A stretch of DNA of 64,000 bases from the NCBI GenBank assembly GCA_048128005.1, contig JBEUKZ010000061.1, positions 62,001 to 126,000 of the forward strand. Direction: 5' to 3'. The DNA is from Veleropilina oligotropha. Lineage: Eukaryota. A program made the translations under genes and the position numbers. Below the pieces are notes generated by a model that did no database searches, had not been told where the DNA came from, and saw only the letters and a list, made by a program, of their open reading frames with translations. Below, piece after piece: positions 1 through 7,618 of this stretch. How positions within the stretch are numbered: position 1 is the stretch's first letter; every line of letters starts with the position of its first letter.

Positions 1-2
1 AA

Positions 3-608
3 TTGCTTCAGGTTGATCCAGGGCGAGAGTTCATGGGGACGGTCTCCCAGCTGCTGGCAAATAATAATGTCGAGGTTAGGCGTGGCCGTGTGGATCTCCA
101 TCGCGATCAAGGGATCGTGGAGCGCTTCAACCGGACGCTCGCTGAGCGGCTCTTCGGGCACCAGTATGCAACAGAGATGAGTTTTACAGGGTCTGCGAAA
201 GAGGGTCAAAGGTCAACTGAGTGGGTCGCCAGGCTGCCCGCCGTTGTTGCGGCGTTGAATGGGGAAGTGACCAGGCTGACCAGTAAAAAGCCCAAGGACG
301 CCATCAAGGCACCTCGCGTTGCACAAAATCCTTCTTCCACTGTTCCAGGCCGACAGGGGAAGGAACAGAAACTCCCCTCTGACGTAGATGTTCGATACCT
401 ATACCAACCCGGTGAGTTGGAGGGTGGTCGCCGGCGAGCGACTGACCCGGTGTGGTCTCTAAAAGTGCACAGGCTTGGACGCTCTGTCACTAAACCTGAC
501 GAGCCTGTGCTCTACTACTTGCTTGATGGACCACCGCGTGGGTTCGTTCGTGAGGAACTTCTCGTGGTGCCTCGTGACACCCAACTGCCGCCGGTTCTCA
601 GGCGTTAA
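3..608 (+). CDS. Retroviral-type (rve/DDE) integrase of Polinton type, 5'-partial
   Basis: QVDPGREF (second catalytic D) and QGIVERFNRTL (catalytic E). The C-terminal VRYLY...DPVWS...PVLYYL.DG..RGFVREELLVV resembles the SH3-like tail of Polinton integrases. Confidence 0.88.
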   Translation: MLQVDPGREFMGTVSQLLANNNVEVRRGRVDLHRDQGIVERFNRTLAERLFGHQYATEMSFTGSAKEGQRSTEWVARLPAVVAALNGEVTRLTSKKPKDAIKAPRVAQNPSSTVPGRQGKEQKLPSDVDVRYLYQPGELEGGRRRATDPVWSLKVHRLGRSVTKPDEPVLYYLLDGPPRGFVREELLVVPRDTQLPPVLRR

Positions 609-3600
609 CAACCGCAAATCCTCTTTTTCGGTTACATTCAAGGCACGTTAAGCGCACGTTGTCGCGGATGTGGCCCCTGCGGTTGTCCACACGGTCGACA
701 CTGAACTGCTGTGTGTCTTTGGGCTGGTAGGCCCAGAGCAGCTCTATGTTACATGCTGCGCATCGGTTGTTTTGGGCCTCTCTGAGCCGCAGGATGTCGT
801 CGACCTTGAGGTTAAACCCCGGGAGTCCCTTTGCCTGGTCCTGGCGCATGTATGCCACGAGCTTCCTCTGGATGGTTTTTCGGAGCTGCTGCTTGCTCTG
901 CTGCGCTTGGGGCGGCCTGTCCTCAGAACCCTCATCTGGAGGACAGGTTACCCGCTCGAGCTGATGCAGATACTCCACCCGGGACACGGCTAGGTAGGCG
1001 AGATTACTCCACTGAAGGTAGTCGTCGATGATCCAGACTTTCTGTGGGTCGTGAATGGTAAGACCCTGGCTCGAATGGATGGTGAGAGCATAGCCCAGGC
1101 GCCAATCCGGGGTCAGGATAGCCTGCTCAGCGGCCTCAATCGTGACCTCAACGACGTCGTTGAGAACTAGCTCCTCTCTTTCATCGGTGCCCGGAATGGT
1201 TACCATGATATTTTGCTTACGGGTGTCCCTGGGGTGATAAAGGATAGGTACCGGGGAGTCTGGGAAGTGCTCCTTGTGCCTCTGGAGCAACAGCTGTTGA
1301 GCCCGTTCGCGGACCTTCTGACGGCTGGTGAGGATTAGGTCGCCTGGCCTCCAGGTGTTGACAAACCGATCCCATCCAAGGCAGCTGGGGAGACTCTTAC
1401 GCATTTCCCTGCACTGGATTTTGTCGGGCTGGAGACGTATACGTCTTTTCAGGGCTTTGAGGGCAGGGTCGTCTTTCGCCCTGTAGTCTACTTCGATCTC
1501 CTCATAGTAGTCCGCGGTCTGTCGCAGCCAATCGTGCGGCATCTCGCCCGTAATCGGTGGTGGCTGGCCCTGATCGCCACAGCAGATAACCTGAACTTCG
1601 TGGTGGCCCAGCCAGTCCAAGAACATCTCGAGGATAGGCCGGGGAACAGTACAGACCTCGTCCCAGATAATGAGGGGGATGAACTTCTGACCCATGCGGT
1701 CGGGTGTCCAGTCAGTCTGGCCGCTCCATCGGAAGAAACTGTGGTAGGTCTGGGCTTTGACGCCTCTGGTTCGCATCTCTTTAGCGAGGCGGTGGGTTGG
1801 CGTGAATACAATGGGATTCCTTGCCCGGAAGAGCTCGATCGCTCTCGTAGTCTTGCCACAGCCCCCTCCACCATTGAGGTAACTCAGGCGATGGTGGGTC
1901 AGCGTGTCATTGTAGCAAGGCGCGGTGCTTGGCTGGCTGGAATTGGCGGCACAACAATACTCTGGCTTGGGCAGGTATGCGGCATGTTCCTGTGGCAGGT
2001 AAAGCTGTTCCCCCTTGTCACGCCACTGGGCCGGTGCTACTGGCGGAAGGTACGTCTCCCCGATCAGACAGGAGATGCACGATTTATCGCCACAGTCGCA
2101 GAGCTGTGGGGCAACGTACACCGTGACATCGTCGAGCTTCTCCAACGAGGCCTTCTTGAGGTAGATGCTGTCAGTGGCCACTCGGACAGCTTCCTCAGGG
2201 GTGAAACGCTGAAGCATGCTCAAGAGGCTTATGTGGGCATAGGCCAGCATCGATGCCCTCAGGTGGGCGTACTGAGGCTGGGAGCCATCATAGTACGTGA
2301 GGATGTGACCCATAGGGCATCTCTGAGGTGCGCCGACCAGGGTACCGCTTTGGCGGGTGTCTCTTACGAGGAAGTCAAGCTCTCCCTGGTCAATCACCAG
2401 TCTACGGGTCAATCTTTTGCCGTCAGCCTTGGCGCCTTGGGTGAATTTGCCGATAATACGGCATCCCTGGTCACGATTCTCAGGAAGCCAGACATCGGTT
2501 TGCTTTCTGAACGCGATGATGGCTTCTCGGATCTTGAGGCTTTTTAGCAGTCCAGATTCTATGAGGAAGGCGAGCAGAGGCGTCGGGGCCCATCCATTCT
2601 CTGCAAAGTGCTTTCCGAACCAGGCGGGAATGACGGGGTGGATGTCTTGTGCGAACTCCCATTCCACGACCTCGGCAAACCCGGTACCGATTTCTCGGGG
2701 TAGAGGACCGTTAATTGCGACCCGGGTCATGCTGTGGGTTGGGTGCCCGAATCTTTCGAAGTACGGCTTAGCCTCTCCCTTCCCCAGAAAGCTGGCAGGG
2801 TAGCAGGCTTTCATGTCGATGCAGCAGACATCGCCCGTATCGTAGTTCATGGAATTCCACAGGCCACCATGGCCATGCTCTACGCAGGCCTTCTGGATAT
2901 CATCGAGCAAGCCCGCTGGGGTAGGTCTCCAGCCGTTGTTCTCTTTGGCCATAATGCTAGCTGCATGGTTCTCACCAAAGGCTCGATCGGCGAGAGACTC
3001 ATCCCCCAGAGCCTTACAGGCTTCTTGGAGTCTCTCGTGAGCCTCTTTTGTCCGGTAAGTGCGGCCGTCCTGAAGCACGAACTGGTTCACGTTGAGCTGT
3101 CGGTCTGTACCGCCAAGGAGCCAGACAGCCAATGGCTCGTTACGTGTGGCTTGTCGGATAGCTTCCCAGACATCGCCCTCGTAGATGTTGACCTCGCGAG
3201 ACTGCGGGAAGTGTAGGTCCTTGGACCAGGCGTGGCCGTTGTGACAGATGAGTTCTACTTGTCTGAATGTATGGTTTCCTTGACCGCGGTATTTACCACT
3301 GTTGTAGATGTCGGCACCTGCGATGTCTCGCACGATGATCGCCCGTTTCAGTATCTTCTCGAGGATGGATATATCATCCACAGTGGCGCCTGTTACATGA
3401 ACTCGCGCCTCCCACTCCTGTATTTTCTGCCGCCTTATCGGGGTGAGTCCGTTTCCTCTCAGGGCACCTTCGAAGTGCTCAACCACTCTCTGGGCAACGC
3501 AGTTGAGATCGCCGTTCTTCATTGGAACCAGGTTGGCTGGGTTTGGTTCTCTGAGAGGGTAGAGGCCGTAGACGACTGCAGTAACCGGGTAGGCGTTCTC

Positions 3601-3744
3601 GTAGTAGGCTTTGTCGACCCCAGTGATAGCACCTGGCTTAGTGTCCTGAGAGATCTCAACGACACCCTGGCCCTTCTTCCTCGCAGCCTTCACCGGGTCA
3701 AACTTGTCTTCGACCACCCAGTCGCCTTCACCCCACTCCCGCAA
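598..3744 (-). CDS. Fusion protein: family B (protein-primed-type) DNA polymerase core + SF1B Pif1/RecD-like helicase + C-terminal HNH-like nuclease
   Basis: PolB motif A CIDMKACYP (~2797-2817), motif B-like IIGKF (~2443-2457), motif C-like RVATDSIY (~2167-2181). Helicase Walker A GGGGCGKT (~1849-1875), Walker B IIWDEV (~1654-1665), GDQGQPPP, YALTIHSSQGLT, YLAVSR. C-terminal CAAC...SVDRVDNRRGH..DNVRLTCLECN. The frame stays open upstream to ~3804. Confidence 0.85.
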   Translation of the reverse strand: MREWGEGDWVVEDKFDPVKAARKKGQGVVEISQDTKPGAITGVDKAYYENAYPVTAVVYGLYPLREPNPANLVPMKNGDLNCVAQRVVEHFEGALRGNGLTPIRRQKIQEWEARVHVTGATVDDISILEKILKRAIIVRDIAGADIYNSGKYRGQGNHTFRQVELICHNGHAWSKDLHFPQSREVNIYEGDVWEAIRQATRNEPLAVWLLGGTDRQLNVNQFVLQDGRTYRTKEAHERLQEACKALGDESLADRAFGENHAASIMAKENNGWRPTPAGLLDDIQKACVEHGHGGLWNSMNYDTGDVCCIDMKACYPASFLGKGEAKPYFERFGHPTHSMTRVAINGPLPREIGTGFAEVVEWEFAQDIHPVIPAWFGKHFAENGWAPTPLLAFLIESGLLKSLKIREAIIAFRKQTDVWLPENRDQGCRIIGKFTQGAKADGKRLTRRLVIDQGELDFLVRDTRQSGTLVGAPQRCPMGHILTYYDGSQPQYAHLRASMLAYAHISLLSMLQRFTPEEAVRVATDSIYLKKASLEKLDDVTVYVAPQLCDCGDKSCISCLIGETYLPPVAPAQWRDKGEQLYLPQEHAAYLPKPEYCCAANSSQPSTAPCYNDTLTHHRLSYLNGGGGCGKTTRAIELFRARNPIVFTPTHRLAKEMRTRGVKAQTYHSFFRWSGQTDWTPDRMGQKFIPLIIWDEVCTVPRPILEMFLDWLGHHEVQVICCGDQGQPPPITGEMPHDWLRQTADYYEEIEVDYRAKDDPALKALKRRIRLQPDKIQCREMRKSLPSCLGWDRFVNTWRPGDLILTSRQKVRERAQQLLLQRHKEHFPDSPVPILYHPRDTRKQNIMVTIPGTDEREELVLNDVVEVTIEAAEQAILTPDWRLGYALTIHSSQGLTIHDPQKVWIIDDYLQWSNLAYLAVSRVEYLHQLERVTCPPDEGSEDRPPQAQQSKQQLRKTIQRKLVAYMRQDQAKGLPGFNLKVDDILRLREAQNNRCAACNIELLWAYQPKDTQQFSVDRVDNRRGHIRDNVRLTCLECNRKRGFAVVNA

Positions 3745-3766
3745 GAACTTTATCCTCAGGAGAAAC

Positions 3767-4276
3767 TCACCCTTGGGAAGGGCTGTGAGGAGCTCTCGCG
3801 TCTGTCATACGGGCATCCAGGGCCAGCCGGCCAGCCCTCGCTTCGATGTTCTCTACTTCTACCCTCCATGTGGAGAAGGCCGCCGCGGCGCCATCGACCT
3901 CAAACTCGTCTTTGGCGTCGTTCAAGAGTTCCACCCACGGCTCTTTTGCTGGGAGCCTTACAGGGGGAGGGGCCTGGTCATCCAGGTCGATGAATTGTTG
4001 CCCCGCTGTTGTGGTAAACAGCCCTAGTAGATCATTCTGGTAGTCCTGGGCTGTCCGGGGCTTTTTGGAGAGGGGGATTGGGTCAAATTCCTCAACAATG
4101 GCTTTCCGCTTTCTCTCCGTTTGGGGATCCTTGGATGGGACCAGAGGCTTCAACAAGCGCTCCTTCACGTCTTCCGGGATTGGTTCGTCTAGAATATTCT
4201 GAACCACGTCCCGGAGAGTTTCAGATGCCTGCATGTCTGCGAGCAGTTGGTCTATATAGTCATCCATAGTCGACAT
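3767..4276 (-). CDS. Probable N-terminal part of the PolB-helicase protein, separated by a frameshift
   Basis: ATG start; acidic/Pro-rich with NILDEPIP...LKP. Overlaps the open frame of the downstream ORF by ~40 bp, and one 2-bp indel near 3800-3808 would join them. Confidence 0.6.
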   Translation of the reverse strand: MSTMDDYIDQLLADMQASETLRDVVQNILDEPIPEDVKERLLKPLVPSKDPQTERKRKAIVEEFDPIPLSKKPRTAQDYQNDLLGLFTTTAGQQFIDLDDQAPPPVRLPAKEPWVELLNDAKDEFEVDGAAAAFSTWRVEVENIEARAGRLALDARMTDARAPHSPSQG

Positions 4277-4284
4277 GTTGCCGG

Positions 4285-4760
4285 GCGGGCATACACTAAG
4301 ATCTTTACTTCTCTAATAGGAAATTTACGTGTGGTAAATTGCAGCCAAGCGGAGAAACTCTCTCCGGAAGGCACTTTTCTTTCGTTGCCAGTCCATAGAG
4401 TTCTCACTCTTATACCCACAGCCCTTACACAACGTAAACCGGTTGAAGACGCCTTTGCCGCATTTGATGCAGGGCTTTGTGACCCAGCCATTTCGCCGTA
4501 GCCGAGCCAGGTGGACTTTACAGAACTCTTTCAGACAACTCTTACCACATAGTTCTGTGGAGCTTATAGTAAGCCAGTGACAGGTGTCTGTGCCCTTCAT
4601 CGTATCCTTTGCAGTGGGTATATCCTGTGATGTGGGTATATCTAATAGGACACTTATCGCCATGCAACTGCACGCTACCAGCGTTCAGCCGTCTACTGTG
4701 GCCTCATTCATGCTACCCAGATTTCCTATTAGAGGTATGAAGATCCTAGTATATACCCGC
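4285..4760. repeat. 40-bp imperfect inverted repeat pair (4285-4324 and 4721-4760)
   Basis: GCGGGCATACACTAAGATCTTTACTTCTCTAATAGGAAAT against the reverse complement of 4721-4760: 33/40 identical by manual alignment. Confidence 0.85.
4325..4663 (-). CDS. Small Cys/His-rich zinc-finger protein of the element
   Basis: C-x10-C-x3-C-x4-C-x2-H then CxxC-x10-CxxC. An in-frame upstream ATG at 4711 is separated by a single TGA at 4685-4687, possibly a CGA>TGA change. Confidence 0.55.
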   Translation of the reverse strand: MAISVLLDIPTSQDIPTAKDTMKGTDTCHWLTISSTELCGKSCLKEFCKVHLARLRRNGWVTKPCIKCGKGVFNRFTLCKGCGYKSENSMDWQRKKSAFRREFLRLAAIYHT

Positions 4761-4902
4761 ACTATGTCGCGGTAAACATGGGCATTATTTCTCACTGTTA
4801 TCTACCGGCTGTGGCGGTGCGTCAGATAGTTGCACGCTCGCAAGCGGGAATTATATATTTATCTAAACTGGCTGCAATCTCGCCATGCAATTTGCACGGA
4901 AT

Positions 4903-5076
4903 GAAGCCCCCTTGTATTCCAGCCGTAGCCTGGGGTGTCTTCTCGACCATCTGTCGGCCCTCTTGAAGCCCCCTTGAATTTCAGCCGTAGCCTGGGGTGT
5001 CTTCGACCATCTCTCGGCCCTCTTGAAGCCCCCTTGAATTTCAGCCGTAGCCTGGGGTGTCTTCTCGACCATCTCT
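4903..5076. repeat. Subterminal tandem repeat, 60-62 bp unit, ~2.8 copies
   Basis: GAAGCCCCCTTG..CAGCCGTAGCCTGGGGTGTCTTC(TC)GACCATCT starts at 4903, 4965 and 5025. Confidence 0.9.
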
Positions 5077-5725
5077 CAGCATTTTCTCCACGCAGCCTTC
5101 TTCCTCAAGAATTCGAAACGCAACATGCGAAAGCATTCTGAGGAGGTCGTTGTGACATATGCATCAGATCTTATAAATACTAAAGCCTGACAGTTCTTAT
5201 ATAGTCAGGTAGCCATGGCAGGCAAGAGAGGAGGTGTCTCGTCACTTATGATGTGAATATTAAATCACAACAACGTTGAACATAGACTACGTTGATTAAA
5301 ATAAAACCTACAACACTCTAGACATATTGTAAAGCCGATTAAATCCCGAATCCTTAATTAGTTAACTGTCCATTGATTATAATGTGGCCACATTATCCAG
5401 TCAATCTTTATTTGATACTTTTGATACTGGATAATGTATTTCAGTCGAGGCGAATACCAACAGTGAGTCACTCCACAACAAGCTTTTCTAGTAGGTCATA
5501 CGCAGTCGTGCGCGACGTAACTAGGCAACCAGGTAGTATTTGAATAGACTATGGATTGTAGATAACAGCGGTCAGGATAAATTGGGTCAATTCACGACGT
5601 TCATAAGCTAACCTGGTTTTCAGACAGAGCTGTATGTAAACACGGTGACTGTTATAATACAAGCCCGACCCTGGGAGCCTGAACGGGTGCTGGGAGCCTT
5701 ATTTTCCCATTCTAAAAAGTCTACT

Positions 5726-7575
5726 GACCCCCCCTGCTGCTCGTGGAGTACACGGGTGCGTGGTTGCATTAACAGGTCTAGTTTCTGCGGTAACGCTAAC
5801 GGTCGATCGACGATCAGATCGAGGAGGGTCGGAAACCAAGGTTGCGTGCGATACAGGGGCGCTATTAGCGTTATCTCGCAACGTTCGGTCGCTGCCTTCT
5901 GTAATACCAGTGATAGAATGCACGTCGGGGGGAAGGCATACGCGGACAGATTCTCCCATGTCATTGACATTGCGTCGACCGCCAGGGCGGCCGGGTCTGG
6001 GTACGGGGAGACATACAGAGGTAGTCGGTAATTGAATTCTGTTGCAAACAAGTCGACTTGGGGTTGCGACCACCGGCGGCAAACCTCCCGAGCTACTCGG
6101 CTGTGTAGCGTCCACTCTGTGTGTATAATCTGTGATCTCCGAGAGAGCGAATCCGCTCTGACATTCAGCTTTCCCGGGATGTGTCGGGCTCGAATCGTCG
6201 AGTTGAGGGACATCACTAAGCGGTGTAGGTCTATTGCTCGGTCGCATAGGGGACGCGAGCGTGTACCGCCCTGGTGCTGTATGTAAGCGACGACAGTCGT
6301 GTTGTCCGTGGCGAGCATTATATGCTTGTTGCGGAGATGTGACGAGAGGGACCGTACTGACAGGTAGACGGCTTCTAACTCTAGGAAGTTGATATGTCGT
6401 CCCTGAAGGTCTGTCGGCCATAGGCCTGATGTCTCGTAACTGTCGAGGTGACCACCCCAGCCGTCGTTCGAAGCGTCTGTGAACAGGTAAGCGTTCGGCT
6501 CTGGTGGGGATATAGGAACCGACTGGTCCGGCAAAGCGGGGTTCAACCACACTGCTGTCGTGTCGGTAAACCAATGCCGTAGATCGATGCGATCCTTCCA
6601 CTGCCCCGTCCGTTGTATCCAGCGATCCCTGAAAGCCTGTTGTAACGGTCTTTTGTCCATGCGACCCGTCGGTAGCAGGGGCGCTACCGACTCGATGTGC
6701 CCCAGGACAGTGGCCAGTTGTCGCGCCGTAGTTATGTCCGATGACAGGGTGTCTTGGATAACCGCGCGTAGGTTCCGCATACGCTTCTGGGTCGGCTTCG
6801 CGGTGTACCGGACCGTATCGAAGTCGACTCCGAGGAACGTAAACGTCGTCGAGGGCACGAAGCAGGATTTTGTCTCGTTGATCTGAAATCCCAGGCGCTT
6901 CGTCGATGACAGGGTAAAGCTCGTAGACCGGAGGCACAGATCTCGGGACGCCCCGAGGATCAGCCAGTCGTCGAGGTACATATGTACCCTGTGCCCTAGA
7001 GAGTGTAGGAAGGCCCCCAGGGCCTGTACTGTTCTCGTGAAGACGTACGGGGCTGACGATAGACCGAACGGTAGGCACCTGAATTGGTAGATCGTCTCCC
7101 CGTGTATAAACCGAAGGTACTGATGAGCCGTGATATGCATCGGGACATGCAGATACGCGTCGGCGAGATCGATAGACGCTGCCCAGTCGCCCGGACGGAT
7201 GGCCGCTCGAATCTTCGAGAGGGTTTCTTGCTGGAATTTCTCGGTACGAAGATATAGGTTTAGGTACGAGAGATCGAGGATCGGTCTCCAGCGGCCATCG
7301 GGTTTCGGGACCAGGAAGAAATGGCTGTAAAATCCTGGTGTGCTGGGCGGCGCGGGATATATCGCTCTTTTTAGGAGCAAATCCCGCACTGCCTGGTCTA
7401 AGACCGCTTGTTTCTCTCCGTTTAGGAGGCGAGCGTGTCTTGTTGGTGGTGCCTCGGTTAAGGTCGGATGCCGGTTGAATGCCAACTTGTATCCGGCACT
7501 CACGACTAAGTGGACCCAGTTGCTGTCTGTCAGCTCTAGCCAGGGCTGGCTGTGTGCTAACAGGCACGCTCCCAC
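5726..7575 (-). CDS. DIRS pol: reverse transcriptase, RNase H and DNA adenine methyltransferase-like domain (truncated at 5726)
   Basis: VGACL start motif; RT: FYSHFFLVPKPDGRWRPILDL, IDLADAYLHVP, LPFGLSSAP, YLDDWLI; RNase H: FTDASNDGWG, HINFLELEAV, TDNTT, NVRADSLSR; MT: VDLFAT...YAFPP. No internal stops. Confidence 0.93.
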
Positions 7576-7591
7576 CGGCGGGAGCGGGCAA
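5726..7591 (-). CDS. DIRS overlapping ORF: N-terminal extension of the tyrosine recombinase ORF (catalytic domain displaced by the insertion)
   Basis: ~620-codon open frame entirely overlapping pol in another frame, as in DIRS1-like elements. No YR catalytic motifs remain in the window. Confidence 0.6.
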
Positions 7592-7618
7592 CTGGGGCCG
7601 TCGCGAATGCCGGCAGCC

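Larger units (their letters stand above)
1..5725. mobile_element. Right arm of a Polinton-like virus / Tlr1-like integrated DNA element (left part outside window)
   Basis: GC-rich, intronless, tightly packed ORFs (rve integrase; PolB-SF1 helicase-HNH; Zn-finger). Subterminal tandem repeats. The end ...AAGTCTACT at 5725 reads 5'-AGTAG on the minus strand and coincides with the point where the DIRS pol ORF loses its DIRS character. Confidence 0.75.

Noticed and set aside
598..3744. Helitron Rep-helicase or host PIF1
   Set aside because: No HUH/Y2 Rep motifs; PolB motifs and an adjacent integrase are present, and there are no introns.
1534..3993. Long plus-strand ORFs (337, 160 and 253 aa) antisense to the Pol-helicase gene
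   Set aside because: No recognisable motifs; expected shadow frames of a GC-rich coding strand.
5620..5725. C-terminal tail of the 651-aa pol ORF (SVDFLEWENK...)
   Set aside because: Chance read-through into the inserted element's terminus, not DIRS sequence.
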